Shown here: in pieces, positions 1-13,532 of the stretch
Numbering within the stretch: the first letter of the stretch is position 1
How the letters are laid out: every line of letters starts with the position of its first letter
Source: Octopus sinensis
Taxonomy: Eukaryota
Direction of reading: 5' to 3'
DNA: 64,000 nt
NCBI RefSeq assembly: GCF_006345805.1
Contig: NC_042998.1
Coordinates: 188,976,001 to 189,040,000 of the forward strand
Position numbers and translations under genes: made by a program
Notes under the pieces: generated by a model
What the model was told of the DNA's origin: nothing
What the model saw: the letters and a program-made list of their open reading frames with translations, nothing else
Databases searched by the model: none

Positions 1-183
1 AAGAAATGGAGAAAAAATCCATCTTGTGACGAAAAGGCAGAGAGAAGGTGGAGTAATAACTGGAAATAAGGAAGAGATGAAGGAGAAGCTGGTTAATATA
101 GATAAAGAAAGGGAAAATGCGAAACAGAAAATTAAGATATAGAAAGAAAAAGAGATTAAAAAAATATAGATCCACAGACACAC

Positions 184-262
<79 letters not shown>

Positions 263-1731
263 TCATATCAACATATGTACGTATACATACACGTGAATAT
301 AGTAATTCGTACATATATACATATATGTTGGTTGATAGAGACTATGGCAGAGAAACCAATTGCACACCTACGCACACGTATACTTGCATACGCATTCATA
401 CATACGCATTATCACATACAATACACAACGCATACATATTCACCTTCACTCATAACAACACGCAGACACATACACGAGTTATAAAAACACGGTTATAATA
501 AATTACATTCTTACTGTTCATTGCATAAGAAATGAGAAATTGTCACAAAGATTTTCCATGATGGCCGTTCAATGATGGAAGACTTCAGTAGGTGACTCAT
601 CAAGATTCTCCTGCTAGATACAACAATAATAATATCAAAGAGGTCGAAGCAACAACTATTATGATACACAACTATAGGCTGGAGTTGAACTTTGATTCCC
701 TTGAGGAATATGTGTGTTGCTAATTAGAATTACTTGCTAGTTGGGACATATTTTGTATGTGTCTGTCTAGGGATGTATACGGCAATGAATGAGTGTGTGT
801 GTCTAGGTATGTTCGTATGTCTAGGTATATCTGTTATGCGTATACGCCTAAGTATGTGTGTAGTTGAGTTTAAGGTATGCTATGTGGAAATGGAAATGTA
901 GATATGAAGGTATGTATGTAGGCAATGGTTGTGTGTGCATGAGAATCTGTGTCTGTATGGTGTTTAGCTGCGTGTGTACGAATTTGTAGATGTGTGTGAA
1001 AATATGTGAGGGAATATGTGTGAGTAAGTGTGCAGTTTTGCATTTTAGACAATGGAAAACGGATTTGTTGGTGTTTGTGTTGATGCCAGTGGTTATAGAA
1101 TTGGTTTACATCATCATCGTATCCTGATATAAAACTGATGCGCAATATATATTTGGTTATAATATTTGGTATATAATTGATATATCCTGTTGTGGAATTT
1201 CAGAATCTATAATGGGAAGAATTATCGTTTATATTTCAGATTTGGTTAGCCATCTTCAATCAACAGCCGGGATGGAAATTTGTAGAACTGACTGAAGAAA
1301 GTAACCAACAGATAAAATAAATAAATAAATAATTTCTGTCATTTATAATAAGCTGATGCGGCTTATACGTTTATCTTTTTCCGAGTCAGAATCTATATAG
1401 ACACATACAAAATACATCAGACCGAGTGTAGCAGAGTTTGCGTATAAATAAACTCAGACTCATGAATATAAAGTGGTGCAGACCTATACACACTCACACA
1501 AACACAGATAGACATTATCGTGTGTGTGGGACCTTGAAGACTGCTTTAATGCAAGAAAGTAAACTAGTCCCTTAATATTTGATATTCAACATTTCATCAA
1601 TTCAATAAGACAATCAATATTTCATTTCATTTTACTATATATATTATTTATACTATATATTCTATATTCTACATTAATATTGTAAAGAATATAAATAAAA
1701 CATGAAAAACAGAGTTGGAATTCCTTTGAAT

Positions 1732-1775
<44 letters not shown>

Positions 1776-1895
1776 TATATATATATATACTACATCTTAT
1801 ATATATACAGATCTACATACATGCATACATACACACACACACACAACACACATATACGCACACGAACACATATAAAACGTTTTGTCTTTCTTTTT

Positions 1896-2065
1896 TTTTA
1901 CTTGTTTCCTTCACTGGCGTGTAGCCTTAAAGGGTTTAGACGAAAGAATCAACCCCACTAGTTACTTTTAAAAAAAACTAGTACTTCTGCTGTCAGTCTC
2001 TTTTGCTAAACCGCTAAGTTACAAGGACGTAAAAAAAAAACAACACACGTTGTCAAGCGGAGGTG
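1896..2065 (-). mobile_element. Degenerate 3' half of SINE family A
   Basis: ctcttttgctaaaccgctaagttac...ttgtcaagcg matches the 3' module of the intact copies at 28241-28639 and 35659-36075. Confidence 0.55.
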
Positions 2066-2442
2066 TGTGACCGACTCAAAGGTACATGAATCTCTAAAAG
2101 AACCAATGGGACAGCGCGAATAATAAATAGCATAGCACTGTATAGAAAAGAAAAAAAAAAAACTAATAAATAGCTATCGAACCTTCATCAACTCACAACA
2201 CCCGATGGTATAATCGTAGAAACGCAGGGTAACTAAAAAGAAAAGAATCAAGAAACAAGGAATAATGTTGATCATAGGTTCTCTCTATCATGGCTGAATT
2301 AAGAATGAAGAATACTACCCTGGATGGTAAGTCTATTTATAGAACACGTGTCATTACTGGCGTAAAAAAGCATTCAGTATAAACCGTTGTCCTTAAACTA
2401 ATGACGCTCAAGTCGGTAGATATTTTCCATTTTCTATAAGGG

Positions 2443-2474
<32 letters not shown>

Positions 2475-2572
2475 TATCTGACCAATGATGCGTCCAAAAC
2501 AAGATGTCAGTTAACCTGACAAATTAATCTGTTGCTCTATTTTAAATATAAGAAAAAAGAATGAATTTCCAG

Positions 2573-2586
2573 TATATGAAGATATA

Positions 2587-2618
<32 letters not shown>

Positions 2619-2703
2619 CCTATATAAGTAGATTAATAGCTATTTACTATATATGCATATATATGTGTGTGTGTGCGTGTCTGTGTATATATATATTTGT
2701 GTG

Positions 2704-2758
<55 letters not shown>

Positions 2759-2971
2759 ATGTGTGTGTGTACATACATATATACTTTGCAGAACTTTAAT
2801 CTCTTTTTCTCTACTTGGAATGTTTATAACACCATATATGAAGATACATACACATACCTATATAAGTAGATTAATAGCTATTTACTATATATGCATATAT
2901 ATATGTGTGTGTATGTGTGTGTGTGGTGTGTGTGTGTGTGCGTGTCTGTGTATATATATATTTGTTGTGTG

Positions 2972-3012
<41 letters not shown>

Positions 3013-3079
3013 ATACATACATATATACTTTGCAGAACTTTATTCTCTTTTTTCTCTACTTGGAATGTTTATAACACCA
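2573..3079. repeat. Tandem duplication, two ~250-bp units containing TA/TG microsatellites
   Basis: Units 2573-2832 and 2833-3079 share tacctatataagtagattaatagctatttactatat and tacttggaatgtttataacacca. Confidence 0.85.
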
Positions 3080-3905
3080 GATTAATTCGTCAGTCTAACT
3101 GGCATCTATTTACCAGCTTGGTAAATACCTAAATTCCACATCAAATGCTACATGCAATCATTTGGCATCAACCTTTTGCAATACATTGTCATTTAACTCT
3201 TCAAGCTCAACATTTCCTCAAATCCTTTTTCGTTCTTCTGACTCGTTGTGAACTCCATTGTATAATATATGGAGAATAACCTTCTTTCTGGCAGCCTCTG
3301 ATGAAGAAAAGAAAGTTTGTGAGACACGTCCGAATCTATCATTATGATGCTGATACTCGTATATATTTCGATACCACATCAACGTCATCACTTATTCTTG
3401 TAAAGTTACAAATGTTTGAAATAATTTTATTCTCCGTAAATCAATGACGTAACTTCTGATCAACAAGATCAATCATAGATATTTATGTTTATTTACAATA
3501 ACAATAAATTTTTTGCGCTGACCCATGAAAAATATTTCAAGCGTAAAACCTGAACGTAAAACTCAATCGACTGACTAAATAGGAAAGAATTGGTTTAAGA
3601 AAATAAATTACCATTGTGTTTGGTACTTACTTCCTTTCACTACTCAGAAAAGCTTCGTTAAGCATGAGTACTCATTCGTAAATATAACGAATTTACTTAA
3701 TTTCTTTCTTTGGAGAAGGGAGTGGAGTATCGGGTTAACATATACTCTACTATGTTGAGCTTACTAAATATTTCTGTCTACGATAAGTTACAAACAAGAG
3801 TCGAAGTTTAACATGAAGTCTTTCGGAGATACCGAAAGCTAAGTCAGAAATATTAAATTTCTAAATCTCTCATAGAGATAGAGATATGTACGGTGGTGGG
3901 GCGAT

Positions 3906-4195
3906 AGAATGGTTGTATACTGTCAATCTAACGTGAACGTGACAGTAGGGGGTTACACCATCGCTGTTTAGCCCTAGGAAGCATCGACGCTTCCTGCTGG
4001 CTTCGACACATTTATCCTGTGTCCTTATATACATTTACGAAGGGGAGACAAACACTCTCCCCTTCGTAAATGTATATAAGGACACAGGGAAAATATAAGG
4101 ACACAGGGAAGCGTCGATGCTTCCTAGGGCTAAACAACGGTGGTGTGACCCCCTACTGTCACGTTCACGTTAGATTGCCAGTATACAACCATTCT
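3906..4195. mobile_element. 290-bp foldback / MITE-like palindrome with a nested inner hairpin
   Basis: ~88-bp outer arms (3906-3993 vs 4106-4195, few mismatches); inner 33-bp arms (4016-4048 vs 4056-4088) around a 7-nt loop. Confidence 0.8.
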
Positions 4196-4852
4196 GAAAG
4201 CTAAGTATATATAGGAAAATTCAACCTACACTTTGGCTAATCTCTTGGAAAGGATCATAACTTCTAGATGGAGTCAAAACCAGCATTACCGCACTGATCT
4301 CATATGTCGTGCCTACTTAAGTACCTTGGAGATGTTTGTATTCGAATCTATTAAAATTTTCATCTACCACTCCTGTTTCGTCTTTCATCTATCCAACGTT
4401 GACAATCCAGTCTTGATATTATCTGAAATACTCTTGAAAACATAGGTGCCGGCATAACCACAATCCAATGAAAGGAATCATTAAAAGAGTACCCTTGTAG
4501 CAATTAAGAAAATGCATCTGCATATTGCTAGAAATATTACACTGAATGGCTGAAGTGAATCACTCCTATCAATTAGTATGCCGTCAAATACAATTTTGTA
4601 TTTGAACGGATTTTTAACTCGCCAATTCTTATACAACGGTGGGCACAAGGTCATGCTAACACTTACACGCTCACACATACACCACACACACACACACACA
4701 CGCACACATACACAAACAAACAAGCAAATGTTCAAAAGTACATTCCCAACATAATGGACTTCATATGTGTACATATTGGTACATATATGTTTGTGTACGT
4801 GTGTATAAATAAGTATATGTGTGTGTATGTATGAATGTGTGTATGAATGTAT

Positions 4853-5010
<158 letters not shown>

Positions 5011-5147
5011 TAGATAGATATGCATATATGTATGTGTATATATGTATGCACACACACACACACACACACACACACCTACACATGGATTTTACATAATTAT
5101 ACGTGACTTCGCAAATATACGTGCGCGCATGTATGTGTGTGTTGATA

Positions 5148-5308
5148 CATACATACATACATACATACATACACACATACACACATACACATATACACAT
5201 ACATACATACATACACATACATAGATACATGCATACATACTACATACATACACACATACATACATACATACATACATACATACACACATACATACATACA
5301 TACATACA

Positions 5309-5342
<34 letters not shown>

Positions 5343-5408
5343 CATACATACATACATACATACATACATACATACATACACACATACATACATACATACA
5401 TACATACA

Positions 5409-5442
<34 letters not shown>

Positions 5443-5609
5443 CATACATACATACATACATACACATACATAGATACATGCATACATACTACATACATAC
5501 ACACATACATACATGCATACATACATACATACACACATACATACATACATACATACATACATACACACATACATACATACATACATACATACATACATAC
5601 ATACATACA

Positions 5610-5643
<34 letters not shown>

Positions 5644-5650
5644 CATACAT
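5148..5650. repeat. Long (CATA)n compound microsatellite
   Basis: Direct reading; source of the spurious YVCM/HTYI ORFs. Confidence 0.95.
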
Positions 5651-6214
5651 GTATATTACTGCTGCAAAAGACATCCCCCAAGCTCACTTATATAAGGACG
5701 AACATACATAAAAATATGCATGTGCGCGCATATGTGTGTGGTGTGTAGATGTACATTCGTGTATGTGTTTATGTACGTGTCCCCCGCGCAGTTATATATT
5801 TTACGATTTCACAATAAAAGCCATAAGAAGGAAAACGACGATCAAAGACTTGACAGTTGACAGTAACGGGTCATTAAATATATACGTTGCCGCCAACACC
5901 GCCTATCTAACATCACCACTGCTTCTATTAATCATATATCGTCTCTATAGCATACCACCCACATTCATTGACACCACCAGTTTACATCAAGAGCAACGAC
6001 AATAACAACAACAACAACAACAGCAACAACAACTCCCCCCATTCGCTACCGCAACCTTCCATCACAAGATTTTTTAGATTTAGTAATGCGACAAAACGGT
6101 TGATGGAGATAGTGAAGTTATCTTGTCGACAGTTTTTTTTTTTTTTTCTGATATAAAGAAGACAGCTTAAATACTCTGGAGAGCAACTGTCGATTCTGGG
6201 TGATTCTAGCTTCA

Positions 6215-6256
<42 letters not shown>

Positions 6257-6270
6257 TACATACATACATG

Positions 6271-6302
<32 letters not shown>

Positions 6303-6475
6303 TTGATAGTGATAGGTATGAGCGTATGTATGTTTGTGTATGTGTTTTGTTGTACGTGGTAGCCATGTGTGGATTTGCATGAGAGTGATGCTGCGACAGA
6401 GAACAGAAAAGGCAAAAGTGGGTTCATAAATAAGGAAGAGAAGCGAGTGAGAAAGAGAGAGTCAAAAAAGCTGAC

Positions 6476-6511
<36 letters not shown>

Positions 6512-6639
6512 GGGATACATGTATATATATATATAAAGATATGTGCGTATATATGTTCTTCCCAGATTCTGTGGTGTATATATACCCAGTCCTGAATGAG
6601 ATGCCGATCCGTCACAGTATTACTCATTTTTGTCTGCTG

Positions 6640-6730
6640 AGTGAACTGGATCAACGTGAAATGAAGTGTTTTGCTCAAGGACACAACACGTCGCCCGGTC
6701 CAGGAATTGAGACCCCAATCTTACTATCAG
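6640..6730 (-). mobile_element. Fragment of SINE family C (head/central part)
   Basis: ctgagtgaactggatcaacgtgaaatgaagtgttttgctcaaggacacaac matches 35305-35360. Confidence 0.6.
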
Positions 6731-6918
6731 GTGTAGAGTTCATCAAGCTTTATATAGAATTTCTCTTTACTTGCACTCACGAGTAAAAAAAAACATATAT
6801 ATTGGGTTATGATAATTTGATGCTTGGTTAAAGTGTTTCAATTTGAATAATAAATGTTTTCTTGAGCACGACAGAGGTTTAATCAAATGTTTTGTACGTT
6901 TCATTCTCCTTGGTTTTA

Positions 6919-6953
<35 letters not shown>

Positions 6954-7138
6954 CAAATAAAGGGTGGAATATAATTAATTTAATAAAATTAATCAATTTC
7001 ACCTAGTAGATTTATCGGTATGGAAAAGACCATATTTGGTAAGGGTTATAATAATTATAATTAAGGGTAAATGCAACAAGTTGCTCAAACCACATACCGA
7101 AAATATTAGCAATTTTGGCTGCTATTTCTAATATATAT

Positions 7139-7193
<55 letters not shown>

Positions 7194-7238
7194 TTCAAAA
7201 TGTAACCACAACAATATATACACATGTATGTATGTATG

Positions 7239-8025
7239 TCATTATTCAGTTTATTCAAGATTTCTTGCCAAAGAGAACCGGTTTCTAACCTAGATCCAAG
7301 GTTCCTTCATTGAAATTTCAACATCAACAACAGGGTATTTTGTGTGTATGTATGTATGTATGTATGTATGTATGTATGTATGTATGTATGTATGTATGTA
7401 TGTATGCATGTTTTATGTATGTATTCTCATGCATATAGTTACATATCTAGACATGCTCGTATATATTTCAATGATAAGCTTCTGGAAAGTTTTACAGATT
7501 TTTTATAGTTCCAGTGATGGATTGGATCTGTAGCCTTCGAATCAGATTTCTCCTTTCTGGTTTTCAGAAGCCTATTTTCTCAAATTTGTTATGTAGGCAG
7601 TGCGTAACATATCCCAGGGCCCCAATAATTACAGGTATAAACCTGAACTTGTAATCTGGATAGAGTAACTGCAGATTTCTCAATAGTTAATCATTGATGT
7701 TCTCTTTTACACTGATCTTCAGCTTGATGTTAGCATCCGCTGGGTAACTAATTTCCACAACTGTGCACAGTTTCTCTTCTCTATCCCAAATCATTATATC
7801 AGGTCTGTTGTGCTTACATTTTATTGAGGTCTGGTACATTCCACCAGTATTTCTTTTCATTATGAGTGGCTATGGCTTCTACCTTATTGTGGGGTTTTAT
7901 TTCTTTGTCCTCGGGACTATCATTCCGATGGATTTCAATATAGAGTATCCTAGCTACAACGTCCATGTCTCATCGGTAGATAATACCGTGATGACATTTT
8001 CGGACAACTGCTTGAGATGTGGGTG

Positions 8026-8027
<2 letters not shown>
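7239..8027 (-). mobile_element. 5'-truncated RLE-type (R4/Dong/NeSL-like) LINE: decayed restriction-like endonuclease domain plus 3' UTR
   Basis: Manual minus-strand translation across frameshifts: HISSSC..RH(D)VVARILY..WWN..HNRPDIMIWD..VVEISYP..KE..LQLLYPDYKFRFIPVIIGALG; the 3' UTR ends gAATAAActgaataatga followed by (CATA)n. Confidence 0.75.
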
Positions 8028-8062
<35 letters not shown>

Positions 8063-8064
<2 letters not shown>

Positions 8065-8192
8065 TCACGCACATATAGTTGTGATGCATGTGCCTGGTGT
8101 ACTCTTATCAGACGGGTAGTCATGATGGGTATATTGGGCTTCGTATATTTTGCCCCAGTGTCACTTTGATGGCATGAACTGCTCTCTCACTC
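8063..8192 (+). mobile_element. Short non-coding segment flanked on both sides by (TAA)n; probable 3' end of a non-LTR element
   Basis: Unique 130 bp ending ...gctctctcactc followed by AATAATAAT; family assignment and orientation are inferred. Confidence 0.4.
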
Positions 8193-8255
<63 letters not shown>

Positions 8256-9427
8256 CGTCGTCGTCGTCATTAATATAATCATTGTCTTCATCCACCTAGT
8301 TATCATTATCGACATCATCGGCAAGTGTTAGCGTCATCATCACCATCATCATTAACGTTAGAAATATGGGAAAGTAATGTCAGTAGAGATGCAGTAAGAT
8401 TGACCTCTTGATATATTTCTAATTAGCCATCTCAATTCTTGTTTAACTTTTATATATTTGTTCTATAATTCCCACGGGTCCTATTCATGAGTTCATCAAA
8501 CAGATATAAATCCATTGATGACGTGTAGCAGTAAGCTTTTACCCGTGATTAACATTTAATTTCCCAAGTCCCCCATGTCACAATTGCCCCAAATGTATCA
8601 TCGTATATTGGATCTGGACGAGAAATGTTTTTTTTTTTGTTGTTTTATTTATTTTCTCCTCCCCTTTTGTCGTCTTTTTTTTTTTGCATATCATAAAGAA
8701 TATATCGATTAAATTTATATTTTTGTTTCCATTATTAAAACTTATTCTTTCTTTCTCTCCCTCTCTCTTCTTCATTTTATCTATCATCATGTGTATATCA
8801 TCCGACACCCACTCTCTTTTCTCTCACTCTCTCACTCTCTTTTCTCTCACTCTCTCACTCTCTTTTCTCTCACTCTCTCACTTTCTTTTCTCTCACTCTC
8901 TCACTCTCTCACTCTCTTTTCTCTCACTCTCTTTTCTCTCACTCTCTCACTCTCTTTTCTCTCACTCTCTCACTCTCTTTTCTCCCACTCTCTCACTCTC
9001 TCACTCTCCTTTCTCCATCAATCACTTTTAAAACTAGTTCTCCCTTTAGAGTTTCTTTCCTCATTTCTCCCTCTCTATTTTCTTTCTTTCTTTTGTTTTC
9101 ATTTCCGTATCTCTGACTCCACTTCTCTCCCTCTCTCACTCAGTCAATAATATCTTCTCTGTTTATCTATTTGTCCATTTTTTTAGTATCGGTCATTCAC
9201 ACCTCATATCTATTTCCCTCTTTCTCCATTCACCTCTTCCTCCTTTCAGTTTCGTTTTCTAACTCCCTTTTCTAAATATAGTTCTACCTTCCACCCTGAC
9301 TGCATTTTCATCACCTTCCGTCCAAGGTATCGTGCTCATATTTCCATCTCTATCTCTCTCTTCCTCTCCCTCTCTTCTCCTTTTCCCCTCTCTCCCCCTT
9401 GCTCTCATTCTTTCTCTCTTCTTGTAC

Positions 9428-9465
<38 letters not shown>

Positions 9466-9795
9466 TGGCCTGCTCGCTTAGCCAAAGGGGTGGCGTCATT
9501 TGAAGGCTAAAACAATGCGAAGCGCATTGTGACCAGCGATATGTAGCAACAACTGATAGCCTGGTCGGTCACGTGATATATATATATATACTTATACACC
9601 TACGCACAAACACCTACTCACACACACATACACACATACACACACACATACACACACACACATATATATATATCAGGGATTGGTCGATACAAATATTTTG
9701 TGTTCGTGTTTTTCCCTTTTCTTTCTTTTCATGTAATTAACCATTCTTTCATTCATTCCCTCATTCTGTCATTTTATATTCTATCGTGAAAAAAA

Positions 9796-10220
9796 GGCAA
9801 CGAGCTGGCAGAATCGTTACCGTGCCGGACAAAATGTTTAGCAAAATTCCTTCCGACATTAAGTTCTAAGTTCAAAATGCCGCCGAGGTCGATAAAATAA
9901 GTACCAGTTGAGTACTAGTGATGATGTGATCAACTTGCCCTCTCTCCCGAAAATGCTGGTCTTCTCCCAAAATTTGAAACCAATATTTTCTTTTTTTCTT
10001 TCTAGAGCAGCGAACTTGCAGAATCATCAGCACACCAAGCGAAATGCTTAGCGCCATTTCGTCTGTCTTTACGTTTAGAGTTCAAATTCTGCCAAGGTCG
10101 ACTTTGCTTTCATCCTTTGAGGGTCGATGAAATAAGTACTAGTTGAGCACCACGGTCGATGTAATCGATTTACCCCCTCTCCGAAACTGACCTTGTGCTA
10201 AAATTAGAAATCAATATTCT
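9796..10220 (+). mobile_element. Two degenerate SINE family D copies
   Basis: ggcaacgagctggcagaatcgtta head and ttcaaatt..gccgaggtcgactttgc..tcatcc core. Confidence 0.65.
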
Positions 10221-10489
10221 ATCATGAAAATCCATCAATTGTTTTGATATCCTTGCTAACGATTTAGCACCAGAATAAATGCGTACGTATGATTATCTTT
10301 CTTACCTATACATTAGAATACTAAATCTTGATTGCATCAAAAGATCTTGAAGTTCACAGTCGTTATCATCCCGTCTTTTCCAATGTGCAGGGAACCCAGT
10401 TCCACTTTATCCAACGGTCCTTTTTCTAATATGATAGTTTGCTCCGTAATTGAGATTTGGCTGCTATTTCGTGCAGGCATGAGATCATT

Positions 10490-10728
10490 TAGAAGCAGAG
10501 GCTATCAAATACGCCGTTACGTTTGAACTCAGAACGTAACGGCGTATTTCGTCGGCCGTTACGTTCTGAGTTCAAATTCCGCCGAGGTCGACTTTGCTTT
10601 TCATCCTTTCGGGGTCGATAAATAAAGTACCAGTTACGCACTGGGGTCGATGTAATCGACTTAATCCCTTTGTCTGTCCTTGTTTGTCCCCTCTATGTTT
10701 AGTCCTTTGTGGGCGGTAAAGAAATATA
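10490..10728 (+). mobile_element. SINE family D copy with a small internal rearrangement
   Basis: gtatttcgtcggccgttacgttctgagttcaaattccgccgaggtcgac...tgtttagtcctttgtgggcggtaaagaaat, near-identical to 46612-46845. Confidence 0.8.
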
Positions 10729-10895
10729 TCGTGTTGGATTACAGTATTGGTCATGATACTACTGAGTAACTTGGTTGGTTGTTTGGTTGGGCAATTGGCT
10801 GGTTGAATCCTTCGACGGATGAGCTGGTGGCAGTTATTTTTATATCAATACTGCTATTAATGTCGCTGTTATTGTTGTTGTTGTAAGCGAGTTAA

Positions 10896-11293
10896 TCTTT
10901 ATATATAAAAGTGAAGTTGTGTGTCTGTCTTCTACGATTTAGATTCCTAACTACTCCCACATTTTGCGGTGCAGTTTAACCAAAACCGGATATCTTATAG
11001 TCGTGATTCATATCGAGCCCTTCTGGGTATTAGCGCGCGTCTACGATGAGTCTACGATTTAAAAAAAAAATTACCATCATTTTTTCCATTTTAATGCATT
11101 TTTTTCACTATTATATAAAGGAAGTAACTCTCTAAAAATGTCTACGATGAGTCAACGATTTTTTAAAAAATTTACCATAATTTTTTTTCTATTTTTAATG
11201 CATTTTTTTGCTATTTTTTGGCTATAACTCTCTAAAAATGCTTATATAGTTATTTCCTTTACAAATCCGAACAACGCCGGGCGATACTGCTAT
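10896..11293 (+). mobile_element. Non-autonomous Helitron-like element
   Basis: Starts a|TCtttatatataaaag; ends with GC-rich ccgaacaacgccggg about 10 nt before CTAT|t (canonical CTAG|T); no TSD; internal ~110-bp tandem duplication (tctacgatgagtc.acgattt). Confidence 0.6.
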
Positions 11294-11330
11294 TTCATAT
11301 AATAGATAAAATATCGCATCTTCGTATTAG

Positions 11331-11430
11331 NNNNNNNNNNNNNNNNNNNNNNNNNNNNNNNNNNNNNNNNNNNNNNNNNNNNNNNNNNNNNNNNNNNNNN
11401 NNNNNNNNNNNNNNNNNNNNNNNNNNNNNN
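11331..11430. other. Assembly gap (100 N)
   Basis: Run of n. Confidence 1.
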
Positions 11431-12132
11431 GCAGCCACAACAGCAACAATCACAAGACCACCAGACAACTACCACAACGGCAGACATACCATTATCAGTA
11501 TTAGCATCACCAAAACCTTTCATATAATACATCATCACCTTCCCCCACCACCAGTCTCACCCGTTGCATTAAATCAATTGATTCCTTATATAAGCTCTAA
11601 AAACCCGTGAGATATCCATCCATCACACACACCTCAAGACCTTATCTAACTTTATTATCAAAAATGCTAATTAGTAACATTGATAACATTGATAACCTAG
11701 AGCTAACGCGGAAGAGGCCATGTGAGTGTTCAAGTTGCTAGAAATGGCAGCCAAATCTTCATCAAATTGCGCCCTAAAGTTTTTGAAAGGACACGTCTGA
11801 TATTATGGCCCGGGATTCTTTGCAGAAAAGAAAATACGGGAACAAGGTAGTCATGTAGTCATGTGCTTAATCGTTGATATGGTCAGTCAGAATTGACCTG
11901 AGCTTAAACAACAACAATATGCATACTTCCAACAGATATCTCAGAAAAATTTCATAGAAAGTAGCACAATTTTTTTTTACTTTTTTTTGTTTTTGTTTTT
12001 CAAAAAAAAAGCAGTGGACGATGTAAGGAAGTGGCCCAAAAGGATAACTTTACTTGTAAATTAATGTGTGAGTGGGTGCGCGTATTTGTGTGTGCACATA
12101 TGCATATGTATGCGTTACATACAAACACGTGT

Positions 12133-12175
<43 letters not shown>

Positions 12176-12686
12176 TATGTGTGTGAGTGTATGTGTGCGT
12201 GTGTGTGTAGATATATAGGTCGGTTCTAATTACTTGATAATTTAATGATATTCAATAAGATTCTTACCTTTTAAATATTAGAATTTTCAAGTATCAAGTA
12301 GCACAAATTAAGAAAACAGATAGTAATAGTGTAGGCCTGAGAAATAGCATAGACCGCTACTGGTAGCCCAGTCTGGCAACCGTGTCTTCGAACAAACGAA
12401 GGAGACTCTATGTAGTCGCTTGATCTGCTAGAAATGGTAGCCAAATCTTCCTCGAATCACAGGTTGTAATTTTAAAAAGGACAGTTTGGTATTATTGCCC
12501 TAGGGTTTCCCTGCGCATATCAAAAGGGTGAGAACGTGATTAATCATTGCTGTAATACTTTTAATTATAAGTTTGCCTGGTCAGGACTGACCCAGGGCTA
12601 AGCAACAACAACAACAACAACAACAACTAGTACGTTACTATAACAGCATCCACCTTAGAGCATACTACTATAACAACAACAACAAC

Positions 12687-12720
<34 letters not shown>

Positions 12721-13499
12721 AACTACAACTACTACTACTACTACTACTACTACTATACCAACAACAACTCGAACCGCCCCAACAATATAATACCACTATT
12801 AACATCATCATCATCATCATCATCATCATAAACAACACAAACAGAAATATCAAAAAAATACTACAGCTGTTATTTCATCAATTACTTCCAACACCACCGC
12901 CATCATGAGACCACTAACACGATCATCATCATCATCATCATCATCATCGTCATCATCATCATCATCATCATCATCATCACCACCATCATCATCATCATCA
13001 TACTTACATTAACCACTATACCGTTATTACTATTCCCATTAGTAAAAAAAAAGAGAAGAAAAAAAAATAATAAAGATGAAGATGCAAGCATACCTTCCTT
13101 GACCACTATCATCTCTACCATCATCTATATATTAAAACAGCTCGATACCGTCCGATCATCACCATCACCATCACCATCACCACCACTTCTTCCAGCAGCA
13201 AAACCTACCCTTAATACCACCACCCCACCACCCGCCACCAGCTTACGATGTCACGACAGCAACAAAAACCACCTCATTACTACCTAGCACCACTTTATTT
13301 CTTACGACCTGTTGCTGACACACTGTAATACTTGTCCAAGACAGGCAAGTTGATGGTGCCAAAAGAAGCATTATAGTAATTTACCACAATTATCTAGCTA
13401 TCCCAGAGAAGTGCTGATGCTGCTATCATTGCATCTTCCTCTGTTGCTGATGCTGCTTCTGTTGTTGTTGTTATTATTATTGGTGTTGTTGTTGTTATT

Positions 13500-13532
<33 letters not shown>

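Noticed and set aside
3290-3335. CTGATGA followed by ...ACACGTC
   Set aside because: No GAAA box and no stems.
11290-11538. ORF spanning the N gap
   Set aside because: Artefact of translating N.
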